From a virus: a DNA stretch of 64,000 bases. The notes below the pieces were generated by a model. That model was not told where the DNA came from. It did no database searches and saw nothing but the letters and a program-made list of their open reading frames with translations. The stretch is from the IMG/VR virus record IMGVR_UViG_3300045988_171102; one strand, 5' to 3'. Below are positions 9,664 through 18,017 of the stretch, in pieces (position 1 is the stretch's first letter; each line of letters starts with the position of its first letter). The translations under genes were made by a program, and so were the position numbers.

Positions 9664-9962
9664 TATGTATTCTCCTTTATGCTCTTAATATTTTTAACCA
9701 CAATTGTAGGTTTTGGAACTTTCTTCCTTTTGAGAATCATCGTCATTCTGCGATGCTCAATTATTGTATCTTTGATGTTTATGTATATCATATTTACAAT
9801 GAATGGAATGAGCAAAATCAATAATTCGCCACCAAGCATTTCTGATTTTCGTTCATTCACTGCTCCCAGTCGGGCAATTATAAACAATGGAATCGTAATG
9901 GAAATTGATATTGCACTTATCCAGAATCGCATTCTATGTAGTTCAGTTTTTAACTTCTTCAT
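9663..9962 (-). CDS. small membrane protein
   Basis: ORF in track with two hydrophobic segments. Its stop overlaps the downstream start. Confidence 0.5.
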   Translation of the reverse strand: MKKLKTELHRMRFWISAISISITIPLFIIARLGAVNERKSEMLGGELLILLIPFIVNMIYINIKDTIIEHRRMTMILKRKKVPKPTIVVKNIKSIKENT

Positions 9963-10099
9963 TGGACTCTTTCCTTTCTTTTATTTGGACGGCTTCAGTT
10001 CATTCTGATGAACAACCACAGACCGTTATGGTGACGCTTATCCGTCATGCGTCAAGGAGGTTACAAAATGAGTTTGTGCCGATTGCACTCACTTGTAAA

Positions 10100-10175
10100 T
10101 GGTGACACAGAAGAGATTTGAACTCTCACTTTACAGATTTTAAGTCTGCTGTCTCTGCCGTTGGACTACTGTGTC
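10100..10175 (-). tRNA. tRNA with anticodon UAA (Leu by anticodon) but a short variable loop; CCA encoded
   Basis: Hand-folded cloverleaf. Acceptor GACACAG/CTGTGTC; anticodon stem GCAGA/TCTGT with loop CTTAAAA; T arm GAGAG-TTCAAAT-CTCTT; A73; CCA. Confidence 0.65.
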
Positions 10176-10336
10176 ATATCCGGTATTATGTAGACTAAAA
10201 GGCTGATGGAACAACAGTAAAAGGACATCGTCGTTCAACACCGAACTGAGCAAATATTCAGTATAAAGTCTTTCTACAAATTAAGTAGATTTTTATTTGA
10301 ATCGCTAAGATTATAAAATCACTACACAATACCGTT

Positions 10337-10411
10337 TGGCTGAGCAGGCGGGAATTGAACCCACGATACTGGAGTCAAAGTCCAGTGCCTTAACCGCTTG
10401 GCGACTGCTCA
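10337..10411 (-). tRNA. tRNA-Gln (anticodon UUG), CCA encoded
   Basis: Hand-folded. Acceptor TGAGCAG/CTGCTCA with U1:A72 and G73 as in bacterial tRNA-Gln; anticodon stem CTGGA/TCCAG with loop CTTTGAC; T arm GTGGG-TTCAATT-CCCGC. Confidence 0.8.
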
Positions 10412-10511
10412 ATATATAAAACCGTAAGCAAAAGAATTTCTGAAAAACTTACGGTTGATTTTCACAACTAATAAACCAACTAAAAAGGAGATAAGTTAAA
10501 TATATATAAAA

Positions 10512-11408
10512 TCAGACTTCCAAGCCAACACCATATTTTTCAACAAAATCATCAATTTCCTTTTGTTGAATATTAATATAGGCAGCCGTTATTTTTTGAC
10601 TGGAATGACCAAGAAATTCTGATGTAATTTGAAGTTCTTTGACATCCGTTGTATGATCTACAACATTTCGGGCAATTGTCTTTCGTAAGCTATGTGTTCC
10701 ATAATGTTTACAAAACATTTGTGGATTTTTACTATGCAGTTTTTTTGTTAATCTCTGAATGACTTTTCTCATTCCATCCACTGTATTTGGTTCATCTGGA
10801 GTGAAGCACTTAGGAAACAGCCAATCTGACATTTTTAATTTACAATTTCCATGAAGTTGATTATATTTTCCTAATTCACGGAAATAATATTGTAAAGCTG
10901 ATTTAGCAAAAGAGTTAATCTTCACATGAGCATATTTCTTAGTTTTTTGCTCATGTAAATTAATGTATTCCCCAACACTTATCCCATTAGAACTGGTTTG
11001 CAAAACATCTCCAACCTTTAAACTTACAATATCACCTGCTCTTCGAGCTGTATTTACACTCAATACTATATAAAGGTAATTTCTCAAACTGTTTATATAA
11101 TATTTTGAAGGTTTTAAAAGCTCTTCGAGCATGAGCTTTACTTCATTGGGCGTGAAAGCATCAGTGCTTTTATCAGTAATTTTCTTTGTAACTAAATAAT
11201 TATTGTCTACTTCAATACAATCAATTAAATTTTCGTTATCGTTAAAATATAATTCATCCTCATTGTCCATTTGTTCAAGATAACGATTTATTTCAACAAC
11301 ATTATCAAGATAACTTTTCCCGCTTATTTCAGTATTATCATTTGTAACAATGTTAATATCGGGAACATATTGCTCCTTAAATCCAATCAAAGCCAATTGC
11401 TGACTCAT
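10512..11408 (-). CDS. int: tyrosine recombinase / phage integrase
   Basis: Catalytic signature ARRAGD (R), HSLRKT (HxxR) and LGHSS...AAY (H...Y). Confidence 0.85.
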   Translation of the reverse strand: MSQQLALIGFKEQYVPDINIVTNDNTEISGKSYLDNVVEINRYLEQMDNEDELYFNDNENLIDCIEVDNNYLVTKKITDKSTDAFTPNEVKLMLEELLKPSKYYINSLRNYLYIVLSVNTARRAGDIVSLKVGDVLQTSSNGISVGEYINLHEQKTKKYAHVKINSFAKSALQYYFRELGKYNQLHGNCKLKMSDWLFPKCFTPDEPNTVDGMRKVIQRLTKKLHSKNPQMFCKHYGTHSLRKTIARNVVDHTTDVKELQITSEFLGHSSQKITAAYINIQQKEIDDFVEKYGVGLEV

Positions 11409-11452
11409 ATATTTTCACTCCTTATTATATGTTCCATTTCTTATTTTAAAAA

Positions 11453-11468
11453 TTACAAGTGACGGTCA
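11453..11468 (-). promoter_or_regulatory. copy b of the 16-nt motif TGACCGTCAYTTGTAA (read on the minus strand)
   Basis: Plus strand reads TTACAAGTGACGGTCA. Lies between a bidirectional terminator and the int start. Confidence 0.5.
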
Positions 11469-11478
11469 TTGATATGTA

Positions 11479-11511
11479 TTTTTTTGGCTACTAATCTTGT
11501 AGCCAAAAAAA
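11479..11511. terminator. bidirectional intrinsic terminator
   Basis: TTTTTTTGGCTAC-TAATCTT-GTAGCCAAAAAAA. Confidence 0.6.
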
Positions 11512-11530
11512 TATAAATTAATTAAATTAA

Positions 11531-12436
11531 TCATAAGTTAAAGTATGTTCGCCATTGTTTATATCTGTTGATCATCTTTCCTTTATCAAAGTCATTTCTT
11601 GGTTCAGGAAATCCAAAACTTAATAAAACTTTTGTATCAACTTGTTTGGGTGTAACAGATAAAAATATAAAATTATCGTTAGCTTTATCATATTTGTAAC
11701 ATCGTTGATAAATGCCAGACCAACGAAACTGATAAGAATTAATACCACAATTTTTCCAAAGATTACGAATAAGAACTGTATCCAATTTTGGATATAGCCT
11801 AAATATTTCAGCTAACATATCCGGAACTGCAAATGCAATGTTTTCAAAATTGACGATATTATTATTAGTACCCAAATGTTTAACAGAACAATCTGCCTCT
11901 TTTGCAGTTACATTTGCCCCATTAAAGTATAATAAAGCAAATATCATAGTTAAATCCCGATGAATCTTACTTTTGAAATATTTACTCCAATCCTCAGATA
12001 TAATACTGTAGGTTGTCCATTTCAGTGTTGGAATAACAGTCGGTACAAATACATCAGCCTTAAAGTCAATTATCAATTTTGGAATTGGTCGTTTTAACAC
12101 TTTAAAATATTCCATAATTAATAATTTATTTCTTACAATATCTTCTGTATATTTTTCATCTTGTATCTTGGATAACACATCATATTCATTCCAACACCAT
12201 ATAGGGGATTTATCACAACATTCTTTGTCAGATATATCTTTCAATTTATATAGCATCCTATGAATAACATATGCTGTATCTAAGTATAAAGAATGATACT
12301 CCTTTGTTTTTGCTTGACAATTTAAAATATTCTCTAATACTTGAATTTTTCCTTTTTGATCAAATAATATTTCTTCAATAATTGATTGACCTTTACGGTC
12401 ATTATCACACATTCCCATTAACAAACAGCCTTTCAC
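11531..12436 (-). CDS. hypothetical protein (301 aa) between int and the MazF-like gene
   Basis: ORF in track; no recognisable motif. Confidence 0.5.
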   Translation of the reverse strand: MKGCLLMGMCDNDRKGQSIIEEILFDQKGKIQVLENILNCQAKTKEYHSLYLDTAYVIHRMLYKLKDISDKECCDKSPIWCWNEYDVLSKIQDEKYTEDIVRNKLLIMEYFKVLKRPIPKLIIDFKADVFVPTVIPTLKWTTYSIISEDWSKYFKSKIHRDLTMIFALLYFNGANVTAKEADCSVKHLGTNNNIVNFENIAFAVPDMLAEIFRLYPKLDTVLIRNLWKNCGINSYQFRWSGIYQRCYKYDKANDNFIFLSVTPKQVDTKVLLSFGFPEPRNDFDKGKMINRYKQWRTYFNL

Positions 12437-12526
12437 GATTATTAATACATATTATACCAATATGTAAGGCAACTTGTCAAATACAAAATGGAAAGGTAAA
12501 TCAATTATTTATCAAGCAATTATCTA

Positions 12527-12928
12527 TCACCTATGAAGATTGCTGTATAGATGTACAAAACAATTTAATCCCATCATGTTAATAGCACAAAGGCGAGCGT
12601 CTTTTAATTCACTCTCAGTCAGTTGACCAATCTTATATCCTAATTGATTTTGATTAATTGTAGTAATCTGTTCCCCTAAGATTATCGACTCACTTCTCAA
12701 ACCATTTATGTCATTTGGTTTTATTTTCATATGCGTAGGTAAATCTTTCTTATGTTTAGAAGTCAACGGCATAACCGTAACAATACCACTATAATAATTA
12801 CCGATATCGTTACTAACAACAACGACTGGTCTTAATCCTGTTTGCAGAGAGCCTTGACCGCTTAAATTTGCGAAATATACATCTCCGCACTTAATATTCT
12901 TTACACTAACATTTTCTGCGACTCTCAT
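12527..12928 (-). CDS. MazF/PemK-family endoribonuclease toxin
   Basis: GDVYFANL...GLRPVVVVSND...VTVMPLTS...SIILGEQITTINQNQL matches the PemK/MazF pattern. SD AGGAAGGAG upstream. Confidence 0.8.
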   Translation of the reverse strand: MRVAENVSVKNIKCGDVYFANLSGQGSLQTGLRPVVVVSNDIGNYYSGIVTVMPLTSKHKKDLPTHMKIKPNDINGLRSESIILGEQITTINQNQLGYKIGQLTESELKDARLCAINMMGLNCFVHLYSNLHR

Positions 12929-13136
12929 CGCTAATCTCCTTCCTTTTGTACTTATTTTGAATTTACATAAGTTTTAGTGAGTGGATAATACCCTCACCAT
13001 TCGGCAGCAAAATCTACCGTTATAATCCATTCACTAATTATCAAACTAAATCAATGAAGTTGCTACCGAAATAAATGACATTTGACCGTCATTTATTCGT
13101 CGCTTTTATTCTTCTATTGTTTATGCTCATATGATA

Positions 13137-13682
13137 TCATTTATTGTTGCCGTTGTCAATAGTTTTATTAAAAAAAATTGAAAAAAATTCAAATTTATTT
13201 TTGCAACTATGTAATTTAAGTGCGTTTATAATTTTCAAGCTCTCTGTCTGTACATCCTTCAACATTCCGATCCTATCACCTATCAAGTAAAACCCCATAG
13301 AAACATACGCTAAACAATCTTCATTGTTCGGATCTGAAGGAAGATAGCCTATTACATATGCCTTTTTTTCTGTTCCTAACTCTATACAAGTAAATTTACG
13401 GCATTTAATATATTTACAAGCTGTTAAGTAGTCTTGTTCTGATACGAAATCAGCAAGTGAACACTCGCCTATGTAGACTAAATTCTTAAAATCATAATTA
13501 CAAAAATCAGTAAAACATAAATCTATTAACCGTGTTTCAGTTTCAGTCTTACACCTGCAATTCATTTCAAGGTCATTAGTTATTTGTGGCTTGCAAGCCT
13601 GATTTCGAGGAATAATCATTCCATTATCAAGGTAAATGCTCCAGTTCCAACATTCATTGAATAAGTTAATTGTGTTGTTCAT
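13137..13682 (-). CDS. hypothetical protein
   Basis: ORF in track. Confidence 0.5.
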   Translation of the reverse strand: MNNTINLFNECWNWSIYLDNGMIIPRNQACKPQITNDLEMNCRCKTETETRLIDLCFTDFCNYDFKNLVYIGECSLADFVSEQDYLTACKYIKCRKFTCIELGTEKKAYVIGYLPSDPNNEDCLAYVSMGFYLIGDRIGMLKDVQTESLKIINALKLHSCKNKFEFFSIFFNKTIDNGNNK

Positions 13683-13788
13683 TATACCCGCTTCCTTTTA
13701 TTTTAAAAATAGAACACTTGTTCGATTACTTAATTTAATTATAATCAAAAAATTCTATATTGTCAATGAGTAAACCAACATTTATCAA

Positions 13789-13941
13789 TCAAATCTTTGG
13801 CTCATCATCATTTCTGTTTTTAATATATTGATTTAAATATTGTTTATTATTTTTTTTGATCTTATGGTTTGCATAATTTTCTTTACTCTTTTCCCACAGA
13901 ATTAAGATAATAAACCCTATAATACACACTAAAGTTATCAT
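13789..13941 (-). CDS. small membrane protein (50 aa)
   Basis: Own translation MITLVCIIGFIILILWEKSKENYANHKIKKNNKQYLNQYIKNRNDDEPKI. GGTGATGA SD upstream. Confidence 0.4.
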   Translation of the reverse strand: MITLVCIIGFIILILWEKSKENYANHKIKKNNKQYLNQYIKNRNDDEPKI

Positions 13942-13956
13942 GATTCATCACCATAT

Positions 13957-14136
13957 TTATATTAGGTTTAATTCTTTAGTTAAGCGTAAAGCTATTACTG
14001 ATTTAAAATTTCTTACAGGTACAGATACAGTATTCATTCCATTGCCATATATCGCATGATTACCATTCTGCCTAAGAAAACTATACCCATTATTCCTTAA
14101 CTTTCTTAAAAAGGCTCTTTCATTTACCTGTTTCAA
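13957..14136 (-). CDS. HicA-like mRNA interferase toxin (59 aa, TTG start)
   Basis: Own translation (M)KQVNERAFLRKLRNNGYSFLRQNGNHAIYGNGMNTVSVPVRNFKSVIALRLTKELNLI. HicA pattern L.k.Gf...rq.GsH..y. The TTG start overlaps the upstream TGA stop (TTGA). Below the ORF-track cutoff. Confidence 0.6.
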   Translation of the reverse strand: MKQVNERAFLRKLRNNGYSFLRQNGNHAIYGNGMNTVSVPVRNFKSVIALRLTKELNLI

Positions 14137-14363
14137 TTATAAATTTCCTCCAATTCTTGAATAGTCGATGACAAATCATCAAGTAAATCCTCAAAGTTAT
14201 CATAGGACTCACAGTTCTCTTCATATCTTTCTGAGTTTTGCAAATTTTCAGGAACAGAATCTAAATACTCTTCTTCTTCGGAAAGAATATTTTCTAACTT
14301 ACCAATGCATATATTAATAGAATCTATTTCTACCTTAATTTTCTTTCTTCTTAAATTGTTCAT
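14133..14363 (-). CDS. small acidic protein (PENLQNSERYEE motif)
   Basis: ORF in track; translationally coupled to the HicA-like ORF. Confidence 0.55.
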   Translation of the reverse strand: MNNLRRKKIKVEIDSINICIGKLENILSEEEEYLDSVPENLQNSERYEENCESYDNFEDLLDDLSSTIQELEEIYN

Positions 14364-14388
14364 ATATATTCATTTACCTTTCACTATT

Positions 14389-14418
14389 ATTGTACAAAAT
14401 TTTCCTATCCAAATTCAA
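14389..14418 (-). promoter_or_regulatory. sigma70-like promoter for the 14363 operon
   Basis: On the minus strand: TTGAAT, 18-nt spacer, TACAAT with TG immediately upstream. Back-to-back with the plus-strand promoter at 14441. Confidence 0.4.
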
Positions 14419-14475
14419 CCCACAAAATATGGAAATAACATTGACAAAATTCTCCAAATAGTGTATCATTATGTT

Positions 14476-14577
14476 AGGCTTAGAAAATGGGTAGGCTAAC
14501 GCTGACCATCTTTCGATAGCTTACTTGGTATAGACATCACCAGATTTTCGCAGGTCGAAGTGATGTCTATTTTTTTA
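14476..14577 (+). ncRNA. candidate small RNA A (about 100 nt), antisense orientation to the surrounding operons
   Basis: Promoter TTGACA (14441-14446), 17-nt spacer, TATCAT (14464-14469). Terminator ATAGACATCAC...GTGATGTCTAT (14530-14570) followed by T7. No plausible ORF. TSS is estimated. Confidence 0.45.
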
Positions 14578-14594
14578 TGTATAAAACCTTTGTT

Positions 14595-14879
14595 TTAAAC
14601 ATCTTCCGATACATAATGTTCGTACCGTAATCTATTTAACAATTCTTCAAGCGTAATTGATAGGGCGTATTCTTTGTCTGTCATACCGCCTATAATAGAT
14701 TTTTTAAGACTAAATCTGCTTACTATCTGTATGTCAGGCGAATTTGCAACAGAGCGAAACGAAATAATAACATAACATCTCAAATCTTTACCATAGAGCC
14801 GAATGTCATTTTCTACTCTTTCTATCATCTCGGTATGATTAACTTCAATGGGTTTATCGTTATTGTCAAACCACGGCAT
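14595..14879 (-). CDS. hypothetical protein
   Basis: ORF in track; overlaps the upstream gene end. Confidence 0.5.
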   Translation of the reverse strand: MPWFDNNDKPIEVNHTEMIERVENDIRLYGKDLRCYVIISFRSVANSPDIQIVSRFSLKKSIIGGMTDKEYALSITLEELLNRLRYEHYVSEDV

Positions 14880-15084
14880 TTAATACCCTCCTTATTACTG
14901 TCTGAGCATAAGCGTCAGTTTTAGCTTTCTCGTCAACATATTCCACCTCGGAATTAGCAAGATTGATTTTGGCAATTACTTTACCCTCTTCGTTGGAACT
15001 TGTTGTTCTCCAAGCGTCAATATACATTATATTTTTATCATAATCAATAAAGTTGCTTCTAATTTCTCTATATTTACTTTGCAT
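14866..15084 (-). CDS. hypothetical protein
   Basis: ORF in track. Confidence 0.5.
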   Translation of the reverse strand: MQSKYREIRSNFIDYDKNIMYIDAWRTTSSNEEGKVIAKINLANSEVEYVDEKAKTDAYAQTVIRRVLNAVV

Positions 15085-15164
15085 AAAGCTACATTCCTCC
15101 TTATTTAAGATAATTTTTTAAAAAAGTATTGACTTTTTTAAAATTGCGATGTATTATAATGCTG

Positions 15165-15252
15165 TGTAAGGTTTTGTTATTTACTTACGCAAGCATAAAC
15201 TATTAGTTTTTTAAGCGGAAAAGACTCAGTCAAAAGCTGAGTCTTTTCTGTT
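15165..15252 (+). ncRNA. candidate small RNA B (about 90 nt)
   Basis: Promoter TTGACT (15129-15134), 17-nt spacer, TATTAT (15152-15157). Hairpin AAAAGACTCAG-TCAAAAG-CTGAGTCTTTT (15219-15247), then CTGTT. The U-tract is weaker than in A and C. Confidence 0.35.
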
Positions 15253-15302
15253 ATACAAAAAAAAGCTTGACTGTAAACTGAAAAAGTAGTATCATATAAG
15301 TG

Positions 15303-15396
15303 TGGAAGTTTGTTTTTTAATTTCTACTATGGTAGATTAGTTTTTTTATCCTTTCTTCCGTACCTCGCACACTGTTATACAGTGTGCGTTTTTTTT
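15303..15396 (+). ncRNA. candidate small RNA C (about 95 nt)
   Basis: Promoter TTGACT (15267-15272), 17-nt spacer, TATCAT (15290-15295). Terminator CGCACACTG-TTATA-CAGTGTGCG (15366-15388) followed by T8. Confidence 0.45.
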
Positions 15397-15532
15397 ATTG
15401 TCAACACACTAATACTTTGGGATTCACTTATTATAAAGCAACATTACCGCCTTTAAACTGTATTCTTGTCCTGTTTTTGTACTGCATTACCTTGTATTCA
15501 GGATAATCTGATTGATGACTTAAACAATCTCT

Positions 15533-16153
15533 TTATTTGGATTTGGTGTCTTTGTCTATGCCTTTCATATAACCATCAATCCACACTACCTGTCCTGTCT
15601 GATATCTTCTGAAATGTCCTCTAACTTGGAATACACCTTCAGGACTGCGATGATGACCGACCGATGTAGCATAAAGCTGATTCTTAAACGGTCTGAATAC
15701 GATAGTCTTATCTTGATTATCGTTTTTACCAATAGCGGAAAACTCTCGTTTATCTCGATCAAGATAATTGCCATACCATAGGAAAGCATTAGCGTTGATA
15801 TATGAATCAATCATGTATTCTATTGCCTCAAGACAGTCATCAAGCATTTGTTGACTGTCAATATTGCGTTCAACAATTTGGTAATCTATCTTTAAATCGC
15901 AATCGCTTTGTTCAGGTGATTTGTGAAACAATCCTTTGGCGATTTGTGTCTTATTGTATTTTAAAGAGAATTTTTGTTTTGGGATATTATTCTTAACACA
16001 AGCCGTAACATACAGTATGTATTCGGGACATTCTTTGATTATTACTTCACATTTCTCAAAATACGGTTTCGCAGACATAACCTTGTCCATAATGTTGCGA
16101 TTCCATTGTTGAAAGTATGCGTAAGTGTTTTCGTCAATACAAATTAGATTCAT
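15533..16153 (-). CDS. hypothetical protein
   Basis: ORF in track. Confidence 0.5.
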   Translation of the reverse strand: MNLICIDENTYAYFQQWNRNIMDKVMSAKPYFEKCEVIIKECPEYILYVTACVKNNIPKQKFSLKYNKTQIAKGLFHKSPEQSDCDLKIDYQIVERNIDSQQMLDDCLEAIEYMIDSYINANAFLWYGNYLDRDKREFSAIGKNDNQDKTIVFRPFKNQLYATSVGHHRSPEGVFQVRGHFRRYQTGQVVWIDGYMKGIDKDTKSK

Positions 16154-16190
16154 AAGGTTGGATTCAACATCCTTTCAATCTTACTCTTCA

Positions 16191-16631
16191 TCACTTATAG
16201 AGAATTTCATAAAAATCTTCTGTATAGGTGCCGTCAGCCTTATCTTGCTCTTCGTACTTTTCAAGTGCCTTGACTGCATCTTCGTGAGTGTCAAAAGAGT
16301 CAATTAACTCTTTTGTTCCTGCGTAAGCAATCCAATATCTTGGCGGATTCTCACTAAGAATAATAACCAAGATTTGAGCATTCTTGTCACCGAACCAGTC
16401 TTCAAAATCTGCGGTAACATCATCATTGGCAATGACGGTCATACCGTACTCTTCCTCATCCATAAGTTCTTCATACACAACTTCTTCATTTTCATTGTAC
16501 TGGTCATTCTCTATATCGTCAGATGTATAAATAAAATCACTGTGAACACGGTGTGTGAAGTCTGTAAATCTGTAGATTTCGCATTCAACATATTGTCCTT
16601 TGTAATGTTCTTTAACTTCTTTGATTGTCAT
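16191..16631 (-). CDS. acidic hypothetical protein
   Basis: Start moved to the internal ATG (MTIKEVKEHY), which follows SD AAAGGAGAA. Confidence 0.5.
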   Translation of the reverse strand: MTIKEVKEHYKGQYVECEIYRFTDFTHRVHSDFIYTSDDIENDQYNENEEVVYEELMDEEEYGMTVIANDDVTADFEDWFGDKNAQILVIILSENPPRYWIAYAGTKELIDSFDTHEDAVKALEKYEEQDKADGTYTEDFYEILYK

Positions 16632-17301
16632 AATGTTTTCTCCTTTTTGTTGTTTCTTTGTTTTTTGCAATTAATAATAATTTATCAATGATTAAATTTT
16701 CAATCCAACGAGATAGTACCTTTTTTCCACTCTCCAAACTTTCAATTGTTTGCTGTCTCATTCCAAAAATTTCAGACATTTCTTCTTGTGTTAATTCCGC
16801 ACACAAGCGAGCTTCCTTTATCGTCATGCGTTTAGAAGGTTCAAAAATCTCATCAATAGATACAGGAAGATTAAATTTTAAAAGAGTTGAAACTTTATAC
16901 GCTGAGTCTAATAAAGGTATTTTCTTATGATGATAATAACAAAATGCAGTTGAATGAGAAATACCATATTTTTTCTCAACCTGCATATAAGTTTCGTCAA
17001 GTGCATCAAATGCCTGACTAAAAGCAAAATAAAACTTATGTTCAATATCTTTTTGAAATTGAATTCTTTCATCGGCACTTACAAATCTTCTGCCATGTAA
17101 TACCTCTAAAAGGACTACAGCCGTACTATAAGACATCTTCTTGTTATTGTTACTTTCTACGAAATAAAAACCCATTGTTGAAGGATAATATTGACTCCTT
17201 TTAGCTATTTCATAATAAGTTAAATACTGTTCTTTGATTTTTGTTTTACAATATTGAACAAAAATATCACTTACAGGCAATTTATTATTTTCTTTGTTCA
17301 T
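16612..17301 (-). CDS. XRE-family helix-turn-helix transcriptional regulator
   Basis: C-terminal ARLCAELTQEEMSEIFGMRQQTIESLESGKK matches the Cro/CI-type HTH pattern. Confidence 0.6.
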   Translation of the reverse strand: MNKENNKLPVSDIFVQYCKTKIKEQYLTYYEIAKRSQYYPSTMGFYFVESNNNKKMSYSTAVVLLEVLHGRRFVSADERIQFQKDIEHKFYFAFSQAFDALDETYMQVEKKYGISHSTAFCYYHHKKIPLLDSAYKVSTLLKFNLPVSIDEIFEPSKRMTIKEARLCAELTQEEMSEIFGMRQQTIESLESGKKVLSRWIENLIIDKLLLIAKNKETTKRRKHYDNQRS

Positions 17302-17339
17302 ATAATCACCACGCTGTCTTGTTTTCTAAAACAAGAATT

Positions 17340-18017
17340 TTATTTATTGTGTTTATCATACCAAGCGGATTTGTTGGTCAGGTAAAGCACAAAATCTTCA
17401 TCTTTGTATAAGTCTGATAAAGTATCTTCATACTCTTTGTCATCGCACCAATAAATCCGCCAGTACACGCATCCAATAAAATCCTCATATATACAATCGT
17501 TATAATAAAAATTACAGGAATTTAATTCGTATGCTAATGCGAAATACCCAGAGCCATCTTGCAATGTATAACTGCCATCATCGCAACAATAGCCGTTATC
17601 ATATAACTCATATATAGGTTGCTCATAAGAAGCCTTAACACTGCTCATAACATTCAGCATAGCTTTATATGTTGATATCACCTCAATAATGTTTGATGCT
17701 ACACATTTGTCAGTACACAACTGATACGAACTGTGTGTTTGAGCAACAACATCATTGGTTCTAAATCTAATATATAAATGTTCGTTATCTTGATTCATTT
17801 CTTCAAACGCTTCATTGAAAAATTTATTCCGCCACACTTTATCAGTTGATGCTTTATAATAGTTAATGATATAATAATCAACAAACTGCATTGAAGTAAT
17901 ATCTTTGACAGCAATGATTTCAGAGTTTGGTAACACTTCAAAATTAGAATTACCAATTAACCCACTATCATCAAATTGCAACCGTATTACCTCATAGTTT
18001 TTATCATATCTTTTCAT
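17340..18017 (-). CDS. hypothetical protein
   Basis: ORF in track. Confidence 0.5.
   Translation of the reverse strand: MKRYDKNYEVIRLQFDDSGLIGNSNFEVLPNSEIIAVKDITSMQFVDYYIINYYKASTDKVWRNKFFNEAFEEMNQDNEHLYIRFRTNDVVAQTHSSYQLCTDKCVASNIIEVISTYKAMLNVMSSVKASYEQPIYELYDNGYCCDDGSYTLQDGSGYFALAYELNSCNFYYNDCIYEDFIGCVYWRIYWCDDKEYEDTLSDLYKDEDFVLYLTNKSAWYDKHNK

Noticed and set aside
10100-10411. Suppressor tRNA / stop-codon reassignment, or a prophage-host junction at the tRNAs next to int.
   Set aside because: The anticodons are UAA (reads UUA/UUG) and UUG (Gln), so neither is a suppressor. Long ORFs are intact under the standard code on both arms. Phage-type genes continue on both sides, so the tRNAs are phage-borne rather than an att boundary.
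16431-16442. Extra matches to the core ATGACGGTCA inside coding sequence (16431, with weaker ones near 2930, 6080, 21240 and 29630).
   Set aside because: Only the 9-10-nt core matches. The TTGTAA part is missing and the matches lie within CDSs, so they are probably chance occurrences.
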